Shown here one piece after another: positions 30,519-40,366 of a DNA stretch of 64,000 bases. Made by a program: the position numbers and the translations under genes. The notes beneath the pieces were generated by a model. That model saw only the letters and a program-made list of their open reading frames with translations, had not been told where the DNA came from and did no database searches. This DNA comes from a virus. The DNA is taken from the IMG/VR virus record IMGVR_UViG_3300034064_001073, positions 1 to 64,000 of that record, one strand, 5' to 3'. Position 1 is the first letter of the stretch, and each line of letters opens with the position of its first letter.

Positions 30519-31295
30519 TTAGTTCATCGTAGTAGGAGCTTGACTACCAGCTGGAGCCTGAAGTGGTGGCGCTAACTGCTCATCTTCAGTCTCTGCCTCT
30601 TGTGGTCCATTGAACTGACTTCGCCATGCTTTTGTTTCGTCCATATTTACTGCATGGAAATACTCAATGTCTCTTGCGATGTACTGATATTGTACTTCAG
30701 TATATATATCTTCTACTGACATTGTTTGAGAATCATGCACAATATCAACACCATATAGAATAATTTTCCCGACATCATTGTCTTCATTCAAAAACAAAAT
30801 AATAATGTCAAAAGGGGGTAAGTCTGATGGCTTAGTTATTTCTCCGAATAAACTAGTATCCCATGAGAAGTCCCATTGCTTTTTTAACTTTTCTTTATTT
30901 ATCTCACTGGTTTTTTCTGGGATTACATACTCTACATCCCCAGAACTATAGGTAAGAAAGCCGCCTTTGTCACTTACGCTAGTAATGCCAGTTGCAAACT
31001 TATTCTCATTCAAAACATGCAAATGCATTTGATTAAAGATTAAGGTTCCAGCAATAGTTCTTCCACCCCTTGCAATACCAATTGGGTTTTTAAACCCTAA
31101 TGCCTTAACAGGAGTCTTTGAATTGTATGTTGAGATACTGATGGTCTGAAGAGTTCCAATCTTGAAAACCTTCTCTTCATTCAATTGCTCTGTACCTCTC
31201 ATATACTGAGGTAGGCGTATTATTGCGTTTATATCGCAACCAGAGAAGCCCATTCTTCCGCCTCTGGAGTATCCTGCACTGAATGATCCCGACAT
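30519..31295 (-). CDS. tail tube-like protein (paralogue 2)
   Basis: 258 aa. FSGCDI, ARGGRTIAGTLIF, LPPFDI and YQYIARD align with the tube protein. Confidence 0.7.
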   Translation of the reverse strand: MSGSFSAGYSRGGRMGFSGCDINAIIRLPQYMRGTEQLNEEKVFKIGTLQTISISTYNSKTPVKALGFKNPIGIARGGRTIAGTLIFNQMHLHVLNENKFATGITSVSDKGGFLTYSSGDVEYVIPEKTSEINKEKLKKQWDFSWDTSLFGEITKPSDLPPFDIIILFLNEDNDVGKIILYGVDIVHDSQTMSVEDIYTEVQYQYIARDIEYFHAVNMDETKAWRSQFNGPQEAETEDEQLAPPLQAPAGSQAPTTMN

Positions 31296-31296
31296 G

Positions 31297-31425
31297 TTAC
31301 CTTTTTAAGTGAGACTCAAATTTATTTAGTATGTCTGTAAAATAGACATAAGCAAGAAACGCCACAACAAGTACGACTATTGCTGCAGATATTTTTATTC
31401 TATCAGTTAAAGATTGTTTGTCCAT
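31297..31425 (-). CDS. small single-pass membrane protein (42 aa, not in ORF track)
   Basis: MDKQSLTDRIKISAAIVVLVVAFLAYVYFTDILNKFESHLKR. Strong GGAGGA RBS at 31432-31437. Fills the gap and stops 1 nt before the next ATG. Confidence 0.7.
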   Translation of the reverse strand: MDKQSLTDRIKISAAIVVLVVAFLAYVYFTDILNKFESHLKR

Positions 31426-31440
31426 AAGCAATCCTCCATA

Positions 31441-31478
31441 AATAAAAAACCCACGTATATATTATATACGTGGGCTTC
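31441..31478 (-). terminator. rho-independent terminator after tail tube gene
   Basis: Minus strand reads CCCACGTATATAATATATACGTGGG TTTTTTATT: an inverted repeat followed by a U tract. Confidence 0.85.
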
Positions 31479-31500
31479 TTAGGAGGTTTAACTAATACTC

Positions 31501-32139
31501 TTAGGCGATTGTAATGCTACCACCGTCGCGAGTAATAGTACCGATGTTGGAGATACCCGAACCTTCGTCTCTGCTAGCAGTCCAACGAGTAACCGCACGG
31601 GCGAGATACGTTGTCTGCATGTCAGCTTGACGATCTTCAATACCCATGCCCCAACCTTCGTTCATGAGCTCACACCCGTGAATGACGCAACGAGCTTGGA
31701 TACCAAACTCATTACAGGCTGCAACAGTAATATCAAATGGAGGAATCTGGTCCGCATAGAAAGCTCTGCTGACAGCACCAAGTGCCTCAGGGTTAACATC
31801 CGCAGTGATTGCTCCGATTGCCGCATCGTCCTGCTTAAGATCAGACGGAGAGATTTCATACTTCTTCTTTACGAAGTTACCAAGGTTGCCCGTTGAGAAC
31901 TGCTCAAGAATAGCATGTGTATCAAACTGAATGAAGATAAGTGAACCAGCAATACCACGCTTGCCACGTGAGAAACCACGAGGGTTGGCCTCACCTAGCA
32001 CGTAGATAGGAGCCTTTTCACGCTGAATAGCATAAGAGACTGCCATTAGGTTACCGACTTCCTTGGCGCCAAAGACAGCTTTGATGTCTGCGCCAGAGAA
32101 GCTATTAAATGATCTTGTTGTAAAATCTGCTGCGGCCAT
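31501..32139 (-). CDS. major tail tube protein
   Basis: 212 aa directly after the sheath. AAGGAG RBS and followed by a terminator. Motifs FSGADI, SYAIQREKAPIYVLG, RGKRGIAGSL, IPPFDI. Confidence 0.8.
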   Translation of the reverse strand: MAAADFTTRSFNSFSGADIKAVFGAKEVGNLMAVSYAIQREKAPIYVLGEANPRGFSRGKRGIAGSLIFIQFDTHAILEQFSTGNLGNFVKKKYEISPSDLKQDDAAIGAITADVNPEALGAVSRAFYADQIPPFDITVAACNEFGIQARCVIHGCELMNEGWGMGIEDRQADMQTTYLARAVTRWTASRDEGSGISNIGTITRDGGSITIA

Positions 32140-32157
32140 TTTTGTTCTCCTTTAGAA

Positions 32158-35100
32158 TTACTGTGCGCTTAAGTTGACTGAGAAGGTAATCTGACGAAGC
32201 TCAAACACCGGAGTGATTGTAAGCTTAACTTTCATCTTACCAAGAACACGGTCTGAAGCGCTTTGCTCAATCTTGAACGAAGCACTAGTAACCGTCTGGA
32301 TCGGCTCACCAGAGATGTTATCCTTAAGGACTTCACCAATAGCGGATTCAAGAGCAGCTCTCATTGGAGCAGAAAGACCTTTACCAACGAATGGACGAGT
32401 TGCAGTTCTTAGCTGGTCAACTAGTCTTGAGATGATTCTGACTGTTGTAAGTCTGGTATAGTCAGAAGTTGGTGAAGCAAACGTCGGTGAATCTGCGATT
32501 GAGGCAGTTGTACCGTTTGGCTCGCTCTTAGCAAGGACAAGACCAAGACCACAGCCTGCGTCAACAACCTTTGTCTCCACTCTGTAGTCAATGGTAAGCT
32601 GAGGAAGCTTTTCATTGATTAGTGAGTTTGCAACTGAGATGTTAGGAAGAAGACCAGCAACCATTGTAGCTGCGTTTAAGATGTAGTTAGGACGGCGAGG
32701 ATTTAGGTCATCGGTTGTTCTGCCAAAGAAGGCAACAACGCTAATGTACTTACCAAGATCAACCTTGCGGTTGTTCTCATCAAGAACAAGATTGACCTCA
32801 GCATAGTCAATTAGACCATCCTTCGTAAGGAAGAGTCCACCATGCTTTAAGCCGTTGTTGAAGTCGCTGCGACCACCAACAAACTTATGACCAAGTAGGC
32901 CATTGCCATCTTCTGTAACATAGTAAGCATTCTCTTCGCCGTCAAAGACGTACGTAGGAGCTTTGCCATAATAAGCTCTGATTGCACGAGGATTGAGACC
33001 CTCTGGAATCGTAGTGCCAATTACACCATGAACAAACTTGTAATCGCTTGAGTTCTCATGGCAATACTTAGCAAGAAGATGAGCAAAGTTTACCTCAGAA
33101 TAAAGAGCAGTAGCAGGCGCCTCACTCGCAAGACCAGCACTGGATATCTTTGCAGCAAGACCATCATCTGACCAGTAATAGGTATATGTATAGTCGCCGT
33201 TATTGACAACTGATAGATAACCCAAGACATCCTTTGCGGAGCCAGGAACAGGATATGTATCTGTTGTGAAAGTTGACTCTAGGCCATCAGCAATGTTAGC
33301 GCTATTCAAGTGGACCGAGAGAGGAACGATAAAGTCAAAAGCAGCAAGATCAAGATCTTCAAAAGCAGTATGAAGCTTTTCGTATCTCTTAAGAAGAGAA
33401 AGACTTTGTCCAGCATCACCAGCGTCAAATGTAACCTGAGAAGGTCCAAAGCCAGCGTGGGCAGCCATATAAGCCGCAGATCCTAGCTCACCAAACAAAG
33501 CTCCACGAAGACCATAAGAACTAACAACACCTCCACTTGCAACCTTTGAAAGAGGCATATAGACGCCACCTTGCACATTACCAAAGGCTCTATCAATGGA
33601 AATAGGATAGAGACCAAGGTTGCGGCTTCTACCATGAGCAGATGAATTAACAGTTATGCCAATACCTGCACCATTCACAGACGCCGCAGAAGTCATAAAC
33701 GGTCTAGCTGTATAACCAGCGTAAGGATGACCAACTGGGTAGACAAGAACGCCATTCGCATTCGTAACGCCATTAGCGGTAATTGTTACCACATTGTCAG
33801 CACGAGTAATACTAAACGGAAGGTCTGTTGCAATAAGAGCTACTCTAATTTCCTCAGCAACATCGGCGGCGGTTATAGCTTGAATTCCAGCTGTGCCTGC
33901 CTTCGAAACCTGTGAAATTAGACCAAGAGAAGTAACCGCTGTAACAGTTAGTGTAAGGTCATCGGTGCCATCACCACCAAGATCTTCACCTGCAATAACA
34001 AGTGTATCACCAGTGCTGAATGGCTTATGAATACGTCTTGTACCAGAAACACTAAAGCCTGTAACTGCATTACCGCTACCAGCGCCAGAAACTTCTGTTA
34101 CTGTAAGAATAAGATTATTCAAGCTAGTACCACCAAGGGACTCGCCATCGAAGTAGAAAACATCGCCTACCATATAGTCTTGGCCGCCTTCTACAAGCGT
34201 TATCATGCTAGTTGTGTATGCACCACTTGTTGCATAAGGCACTTCAACGTCTATTTCTAGACCTGTACCTTCATCGCCGCCGTCACGGTCAACAAAGAAG
34301 TCATCTGTAATGTCAGTAGTTGTAAGACCGTATAACATTACTTGGGCGCTTGCTGCGCTACCACCGTCAACAATTGAGACTACCGCAGCAGCAGCCGTAT
34401 AGCTCACAGGAGTGCTTCCAGTCGGAAGAGTGACATTAAACTCAGGCATCGAACGGAAAGTCCAAGTCTCGCCGTCACCTGGCTGGTTCTGCACAGTGCC
34501 GCTCTCAGCTGTAAGACCAGTGTAGTCGTTTGAAGATAAGTCACCTTCAATGGCCTGACCTGAAACCGCAAGTGAATAAGTACCACCGGTGTATGATCCG
34601 CCAACTGAAGTTGTGATTCTAAGAGTCTCTACATTACCATCAGCAGTGCCAGGGTCAACGTCAGCGATATCAAAAGAAACATCAACTTCACCATTATCGG
34701 TTGTTGCGCCATCAAAAGCATTACCCATCCAGACAATTGAATCTGTTGCAAGATTAACAACAACAAGCTCAGCAACAATGCGGCTTTGATCTGCTGCGGC
34801 TCCGGGCACTTCTGAGTAGTTCTCAGCATGCTTATAAGCAACAGCATAGTTTGCAGCAGCTTCAGGCGACTGTTGAATTGGAGTTATCTTAAAGCCAGCA
34901 GGCGCGTCGTCATAGTCGGCACCAATGCCAGACACTGAAGGAGCAGTACCAGGAAGACGATAAAGATAAATGTTAGAACCGCCGCCCTTCTTAACTTCTG
35001 ATGCACCACGAGTTAGCTCGGAGGTTGCACCAAATTCACGAACGACAGAAGCAATATCAGTCACTAGATAGGGCTCACTTGTTAGACCTTTACCAGCTGT

Positions 35101-35199
35101 GCCAATGACTAGAACAGACTGGCTAGTATTAGTCGTCATTTGGCCGAGGTTTCCGTCCTGAAGCTCTACATAACTACCAGGTAAATTTACATATGGCAT
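32158..35199 (-). CDS. contractile tail sheath protein with large inserted beta-rich domains
   Basis: 1013 aa. Sheath N-terminus (NLPGSYVELQDG..VLVIGTAGKG..VVREFG) and C-terminus (RLTTVRII..RPFVGK..VKLTITPVFELRQITFSV). Confidence 0.9.
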   Translation of the reverse strand: MPYVNLPGSYVELQDGNLGQMTTNTSQSVLVIGTAGKGLTSEPYLVTDIASVVREFGATSELTRGASEVKKGGGSNIYLYRLPGTAPSVSGIGADYDDAPAGFKITPIQQSPEAAANYAVAYKHAENYSEVPGAAADQSRIVAELVVVNLATDSIVWMGNAFDGATTDNGEVDVSFDIADVDPGTADGNVETLRITTSVGGSYTGGTYSLAVSGQAIEGDLSSNDYTGLTAESGTVQNQPGDGETWTFRSMPEFNVTLPTGSTPVSYTAAAAVVSIVDGGSAASAQVMLYGLTTTDITDDFFVDRDGGDEGTGLEIDVEVPYATSGAYTTSMITLVEGGQDYMVGDVFYFDGESLGGTSLNNLILTVTEVSGAGSGNAVTGFSVSGTRRIHKPFSTGDTLVIAGEDLGGDGTDDLTLTVTAVTSLGLISQVSKAGTAGIQAITAADVAEEIRVALIATDLPFSITRADNVVTITANGVTNANGVLVYPVGHPYAGYTARPFMTSAASVNGAGIGITVNSSAHGRSRNLGLYPISIDRAFGNVQGGVYMPLSKVASGGVVSSYGLRGALFGELGSAAYMAAHAGFGPSQVTFDAGDAGQSLSLLKRYEKLHTAFEDLDLAAFDFIVPLSVHLNSANIADGLESTFTTDTYPVPGSAKDVLGYLSVVNNGDYTYTYYWSDDGLAAKISSAGLASEAPATALYSEVNFAHLLAKYCHENSSDYKFVHGVIGTTIPEGLNPRAIRAYYGKAPTYVFDGEENAYYVTEDGNGLLGHKFVGGRSDFNNGLKHGGLFLTKDGLIDYAEVNLVLDENNRKVDLGKYISVVAFFGRTTDDLNPRRPNYILNAATMVAGLLPNISVANSLINEKLPQLTIDYRVETKVVDAGCGLGLVLAKSEPNGTTASIADSPTFASPTSDYTRLTTVRIISRLVDQLRTATRPFVGKGLSAPMRAALESAIGEVLKDNISGEPIQTVTSASFKIEQSASDRVLGKMKVKLTITPVFELRQITFSVNLSAQ

Positions 35200-35219
35200 A
35201 TTTTCTCCTTTGAATTAAA

Positions 35220-35963
35220 TTAACTTGAGGGTGTTATCTGTAGAATAATTTGTTTGAGGACAAGAATACTGGTCCAAGTAAGTTTTTCAATTGAAACAGC
35301 ATATTTTAAAGTTCTTTTGTGCCTAAGTGCTTCCGTATCATCTCCTGTGTCCTCAACAAATGTGAAGTCTAGGACCCCACTGTATTTAACATACCATAGA
35401 TAAGTCTTTATAATATCTGCAATCCATTCCTTGATTTGGTCAGCTTCATGTGCAGTTTTTGCATAGACACTTAAGCCAATATTGTAGTCTAATCTCTGGC
35501 CATAAATATAAACCTCAGAACTGTCGTCTTGAGGGTCAATGTACTTCCCAAGAAGAATACTTGTAACCATTCTACGAGAAGGCGAATTTACTGGGCCAGA
35601 GCCTGCAGCGCCTGGTTTCCCATCTGAAACTTTAAATATAATTGTTGGTGTCTCACTCTCAACGTTGATAATTGGACGCTGAATTATAAGACGATCGTTA
35701 TTCAGCCAAGCAGGTTTCATTGTGGAAGTTGCCATATCTATAACTTGCTGGAGTATTTCCATTACTTCATAGATTGTGTTAACTTTGAATTTCTCGTTCT
35801 GAAGTTTAACTATAGCACGCCCGCCAGGCTCAAGGATTATGTTATTAGGAATAGGCTGTAAGACTACATTACCTAAGTTCTCAGACTCCATAATATTTAC
35901 AAGTGTTGTCTGTTGAGCTTCACTCAGATCTTTCAGTAGCTGTGGAGTTAATGGATTTAACAT
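35220..35963 (-). CDS. tail terminator / tail completion protein
   Basis: Directly upstream of the sheath. YNIGLSVYAKTAHEADQIKEWI pattern. Start moved from 35978 to the ATG at 35963, which forms a TAATG overlap. Confidence 0.55.
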   Translation of the reverse strand: MLNPLTPQLLKDLSEAQQTTLVNIMESENLGNVVLQPIPNNIILEPGGRAIVKLQNEKFKVNTIYEVMEILQQVIDMATSTMKPAWLNNDRLIIQRPIINVESETPTIIFKVSDGKPGAAGSGPVNSPSRRMVTSILLGKYIDPQDDSSEVYIYGQRLDYNIGLSVYAKTAHEADQIKEWIADIIKTYLWYVKYSGVLDFTFVEDTGDDTEALRHKRTLKYAVSIEKLTWTSILVLKQIILQITPSS

Positions 35964-36511
35964 TAGTATTTCCTGCAATATAAGATTATGTATTCTATCC
36001 GGCCAGTGTCTGAGCGTTTTTCATTCAAAGTATTAATTGTCCAAGTAATCCCTCTTCTTTCTGGCTTTAAAAGATTCCCATCTACGTCCAAGGAAAGCTC
36101 TATTACTTTGTCTTCATAGTCTACTTTGATTGTGTTTTGAAAATAAAACTTACAGAATTGTTTTTTGCTTCTACCAATCTCAGTAAGCAAAGAGGCGCCT
36201 GCCTTTTCCTGGTCACTACCAATCTCAACTTTGAAAGTGTCGACATAATGCTCATCCCATAGATAGCCTTCACCCAGACAAATTGTACATCTTTGGTGGC
36301 CTTGTCCTTCTTTTGCCACATTGCAAGAACAAGGAATTCTGTACCTATTGTCATTGCGTCTAAATTTACGAAGCATTACTTTGAATGCTTTTGGGATTTC
36401 ATAGACTGAACCTTCAAAAGTATCCTTGGTTTCTTTGCGCAAGTCTACTTCTTTTTGTGTAATCTTTGGACCTGAACTTGTGCGGTAAAAGCGACTTCTT
36501 CCTACTGACAT
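35963..36511 (-). CDS. head closure / neck protein with Cys motif
   Basis: 182 aa. CSC..CTICLGEGY motif and C-terminal RSDTGRIEY. Neck position. Confidence 0.55.
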   Translation of the reverse strand: MSVGRSRFYRTSSGPKITQKEVDLRKETKDTFEGSVYEIPKAFKVMLRKFRRNDNRYRIPCSCNVAKEGQGHQRCTICLGEGYLWDEHYVDTFKVEIGSDQEKAGASLLTEIGRSKKQFCKFYFQNTIKVDYEDKVIELSLDVDGNLLKPERRGITWTINTLNEKRSDTGRIEYIILYCRKY

Positions 36512-36520
36512 TAGTCCTCC

Positions 36521-37609
36521 TTAACTTCCAGTATCTGGCCAGTTCCCATTTATATTTCTATAGATGTACCGGTAACGATAACGATTTTGGTACGCATAGT
36601 CTGGGTAGTATCTGTAAGATCCAGGTAGCCTGGTCTTGACGTTAACACTAGGGGCGAATCTAGGCATGTTATCAATTGATCTACCAAAGGCAGGATAGTC
36701 TGCTCCCATATATCCTTTTATAGCCATACCAGCATTAAGGCTAGCACCATAAGAAAGGTTGCCATTGCTATGAAGAATTCTATGTAAGTCTTCATCACGC
36801 TTTCTCATCTGCTCAATCTTAACTTTTAATGCAGCAGCGTTGTCAGCCCATTCAACTTTAAGATCGCCAAGTTGCTTGGCACGAGGTGCTCCAAGCGCAA
36901 GTGAAATATTCTCTATAAGATCAATTGAGCTATTAATAATTACATATTCACTCTTAACATAGTTAAGCCATTTTTCTGTGCCATTCTGTCTTGGCATGTC
37001 AAAAATCATAGCGTCTACAACTTTTGAATATCTATAGATAAGATAGTTAACAGTGTCTGCGTCGACGTCGCCTACGATACTACCAACGCTAGATAAGACT
37101 TGGTCATAGGTTGCATACATAGGAGTGTATCTACTAGTAAACCAAGACTCATCCTCTATGCCAATGGAACCAACATCAGCCCCAACTTCTTTGATACCTC
37201 TGATCTCAATGACATATTGATTATTATTAAGTAAAGTATCAAACCCTTCATCTTGAGAATAGGAATTAGATACGTCATCACTTGGAGTAATAGTAAACGG
37301 GATAAGACTTGTGAACATGATAGGAACAAGTGCTGTACCAACATTTATTTCAAAGTAAGCCCACCACTCACCAACTTGCGCATCATCAGCAGTCAGGTAA
37401 CTATAAGTATATTGACCATATTTACTTGGCGCGCCAGGATCGTCTTGGTAGACAATTGCATCATCTTCAAGGTTCACACCAGGAAGTCCTGGCTTTCTAC
37501 CATAAGGATAGATAGACACAAGAGGATTAAGTCCATTAGCTAGATAGCCATTGCCATCTCTAACTTGGCAAACAATATCAACTGTTTCTCCTTGTATTAC
37601 GGTTAACAT
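36521..37609 (-). CDS. head-tail adaptor/neck protein with N-terminal Ig-like domain
   Basis: 362 aa. GQYTYSY..GEWWAYF beta domain, then an adaptor-like helical part with AKQLGDLKVEW. Confidence 0.5.
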   Translation of the reverse strand: MLTVIQGETVDIVCQVRDGNGYLANGLNPLVSIYPYGRKPGLPGVNLEDDAIVYQDDPGAPSKYGQYTYSYLTADDAQVGEWWAYFEINVGTALVPIMFTSLIPFTITPSDDVSNSYSQDEGFDTLLNNNQYVIEIRGIKEVGADVGSIGIEDESWFTSRYTPMYATYDQVLSSVGSIVGDVDADTVNYLIYRYSKVVDAMIFDMPRQNGTEKWLNYVKSEYVIINSSIDLIENISLALGAPRAKQLGDLKVEWADNAAALKVKIEQMRKRDEDLHRILHSNGNLSYGASLNAGMAIKGYMGADYPAFGRSIDNMPRFAPSVNVKTRLPGSYRYYPDYAYQNRYRYRYIYRNINGNWPDTGS

Positions 37610-37610
37610 A

Positions 37611-38717
37611 TTATTCCCTTATTATGTTAATGATAATTTTTTTGCCATTAACAATCCAAGAGTAGCCAACGCCGACCGCATCTTGATTGCCATCCATAAC
37701 ATTTCTAAACAACTTAATTGTATCTGCCGTAACAGAACTTGGATCAATGTTCTTATTAAAAGTAAGAATAATTTGTTTAGTTTTCAAGGATATATTACTA
37801 GAGCCATATTCTGGTTCAATTTTTACCAATTGAAACTCAGTTGCTGCTTCATTAATCTCTGCTTGAGTAGGAGCATCAAGCCCAATAGGGCTTTGTGAAA
37901 CCGTACTCGGCAACTCTTTGACTTGGTTAACAGCAGTAGAGAAGTCTATCTTATAAGTATCAGCCAAGTATTCAATTGGTCGTAAGTTTATAGTCCAAAC
38001 ATCACCAATCTTAAAGGAGTCGTTTGCGCCTCCTAGGAATTCAAGATAGATGTCTTTATCTTTTGATATTTTATTTCTTCCAGTAAGAGGAAACAAATCA
38101 AAATATATATCTGGCTCGCTTTCAAAAGACCATCTTACTTTACAAGAAGAAGAGTTACCTGCTTTGATTACTTCGACAACAATAACATCATTAAGCTCAC
38201 CTACATAGTAGCCAGACGCTTTTAATGTTCCGTCTCCTGTAGAAGTAATAAGGTCTTTCTCTGCATCAAACACAGTTCGAGATCCAATATAACTCCACTC
38301 ATTACCAGGAGTAGCGGAGCCACTAATCAGTAAACGATAATCTGTTTTTTCTTGTAAGAAAGACTTTGGTCTAATAATAATTTTGCTTTTAACATCAACG
38401 TCATAGGCATAACTCATTTGCTCTTCAAGAGGTTCGCCCGAGGCGTCACATCTTATAACCTCTAGCTCAACTGGAACTTCACCTTTTAGATGCAAGCTCT
38501 CAAGGACTTTAGAGTAAGAAGTCTCATTGGAGAATCTGTAAAGCTTTTCTTCAAACTCAATACCCGTAACAATATGGTTATCTGGGCCAACTAAACTAAT
38601 ACTATTCTCAGCAAGAAACTCAGAGACTTCTTGATTAAAAAGAATTTCAATCTTTTCCCCTGTGGGAAAAACATTAAAGCCATCATCTGGCCAGACTGAA
38701 TGAATAGTAAAAGCCAT
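37611..38717 (-). CDS. virion protein with Ig-like (Big_5-like) domains
   Basis: 368 aa. Two Big_5-like starts (SVWPDDG..KIEILFNQEV; KIEPEYGSSNI..IILTFNKNIDPSSV). Confidence 0.55.
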   Translation of the reverse strand: MAFTIHSVWPDDGFNVFPTGEKIEILFNQEVSEFLAENSISLVGPDNHIVTGIEFEEKLYRFSNETSYSKVLESLHLKGEVPVELEVIRCDASGEPLEEQMSYAYDVDVKSKIIIRPKSFLQEKTDYRLLISGSATPGNEWSYIGSRTVFDAEKDLITSTGDGTLKASGYYVGELNDVIVVEVIKAGNSSSCKVRWSFESEPDIYFDLFPLTGRNKISKDKDIYLEFLGGANDSFKIGDVWTINLRPIEYLADTYKIDFSTAVNQVKELPSTVSQSPIGLDAPTQAEINEAATEFQLVKIEPEYGSSNISLKTKQIILTFNKNIDPSSVTADTIKLFRNVMDGNQDAVGVGYSWIVNGKKIIINIIRE

Positions 38718-38719
38718 CT

Positions 38720-38938
38720 CTAGAACTCCTCAATGTAAGATTCAAGAGTGCACTCAACCTCGCAACCAGTAACTAGTGTAATTTGCTGAGTTTCAAGACT
38801 CTCCGCCTCTATAGCACAATCCTCACTTTCCATAATAGCCTGATGCTCTTCAAAGGCTAGCCTTCTAAATAGGGCATCCATGTCTTTGCTGGATGTAACA
38901 GTTGCAAGCGCAAGGGCAATTTTATCTTCTAAACTCAT
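38720..38938 (-). CDS. small acidic hypothetical protein
   Basis: 72 aa from ATG 38938 with an AGGAG RBS (the ORF track starts at GTG 38944). Confidence 0.6.
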   Translation of the reverse strand: MSLEDKIALALATVTSSKDMDALFRRLAFEEHQAIMESEDCAIEAESLETQQITLVTGCEVECTLESYIEEF

Positions 38939-38971
38939 ATGCACTCCTAGTAATAATATCTGGCTACGGAC

Positions 38972-38980
38972 ATTATAACA
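38972..38980 (-). promoter_or_regulatory. extended -10 promoter element TGTTATAAT
   Basis: Exact TGnTATAAT directly after the capsid terminator U-tract, about 35 nt upstream of the next start. Confidence 0.5.
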
Positions 38981-39019
38981 AAAGAAAGCCCCCAGGCCTT
39001 TCGACCCAGGGGCTTTTTA
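38979..39019 (-). terminator. rho-independent terminator after major capsid gene
   Basis: Minus strand reads AAAAAGCCCCTGGGTC GAAA GGCCTGGGGGCTTTCTTTT: a GC stem with a GAAA tetraloop and U tract. Confidence 0.85.
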
Positions 39020-39045
39020 TCTATTAGCTATTAGCTAGTGGTTAA

Positions 39046-40332
39046 TTAGTAACCAACGACTGGCTTAGTACCTGGAACAACCGCAGCAAAGTTACCACCC
39101 ACTGTAGGATCGTAGACAGGACGTGCAATCTCAGGAGAGTAGTAGTTCTGATCGCAGAAGACATTCTTAAGCGTGATTGAACCCTGACCTTCGTTGTACA
39201 TGAAGATACCCCACTTCTCTGACCACTTCATCTTGAAGGTCTCAAAGTACTTGTCCTCCCACTCATCAGCAACAATGCCTGAGCCAACAATTAGAGCACC
39301 AAGTGACTTGCTATCGCAAAGAACGATATCGGTAAGCTTAGTAGCAGGATCGTAAGGCATAAAGCGTGAAGTGACAATGCGGAGACCAAACGGAAGACCA
39401 AGAGGAAGCTGAGGAGCAGCTGTAATGGCGTTAACGTTGAAGTCCTTAAGAGTAGCAGGATTGCCACCTGCAACAGGTGAAGCACCAAGCTGGCCGCGTG
39501 AATAACCCTTTGAAAGAACACCCTTAACGGCGTCAGGAACACCACTAACGTTAGCAGCCGAACCCGAATAGTTACCAAATAGATTGGAGCTACCGCTCTG
39601 CATGGCAAATGCACGAAGGACGGGGTCGCGGACAAACATAAGGTAAGTAAGAGGATGGCAGATTAGCGTATCAGGTGTAAAGCCTCTCTGAATGAGAAGG
39701 TGATATGCATTGAAAATATCATCCATGGTAAGGGTACCATTGGTCTTCATCGTGATGTCACGACCAGTCGTGATACCAAGAGCTGACTGCTGAGGATTGA
39801 CGTTATCAAATGCAGGAACGCTGATGTTCGTGATATGCTTGGCGATTTCGGTCTCCTTGCGGCGAGCGAAAGCACGACCAGCCTCACGGGCAAGGTAACC
39901 AAGGAGATTCCAATTGGAAGCCTTGATAGCCTCTTGCGTAAGGGAGATCATAACACCCCACTTGTCAATGGCGGCCGTAGCCATACCACCGCCAGTTGTC
40001 ACACGCTCTTCACGGTAACCTTCAAGCTCAGTGACCTTATGGACAGTGAAAGCTGAAAGGGCAGGAAGGCGGAACTCAGTGATACCATCCGGTGCAGGAA
40101 TGGTGTCAAGGAGTGGGGTAAGATTGAGCATAGGCTCCATCGGCTCCATCATAATCTCAACAATTGAGTGCTTGACCCAGGGCCCAAGCTCAGCTGATGT
40201 AATCGCGTCTTCGATTGAAAGACGTGAGTCGCTGCTATGGTCTGAGCCAGGAAGCCAACCGTTGTTCTTGATGAGCGCTGTAAGCTCACTCTGATCAGCA
40301 ATTTCTAGGTTCTTATGCTTTAGTCTTGACAT
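39046..40332 (-). CDS. major capsid protein (HK97 fold)
   Basis: 428 aa. KWGVMISLTQEAIKASNWNLLGYLAREAGRAFARRKE backbone helix and GFTPDTLICHPL. Strong AAGGAG RBS, followed by a terminator. Confidence 0.9.
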   Translation of the reverse strand: MSRLKHKNLEIADQSELTALIKNNGWLPGSDHSSDSRLSIEDAITSAELGPWVKHSIVEIMMEPMEPMLNLTPLLDTIPAPDGITEFRLPALSAFTVHKVTELEGYREERVTTGGGMATAAIDKWGVMISLTQEAIKASNWNLLGYLAREAGRAFARRKETEIAKHITNISVPAFDNVNPQQSALGITTGRDITMKTNGTLTMDDIFNAYHLLIQRGFTPDTLICHPLTYLMFVRDPVLRAFAMQSGSSNLFGNYSGSAANVSGVPDAVKGVLSKGYSRGQLGASPVAGGNPATLKDFNVNAITAAPQLPLGLPFGLRIVTSRFMPYDPATKLTDIVLCDSKSLGALIVGSGIVADEWEDKYFETFKMKWSEKWGIFMYNEGQGSITLKNVFCDQNYYSPEIARPVYDPTVGGNFAAVVPGTKPVVGY

Positions 40333-40366
40333 TTTTCGGTTCTCCTTATTGAGATTATGATTTTAA

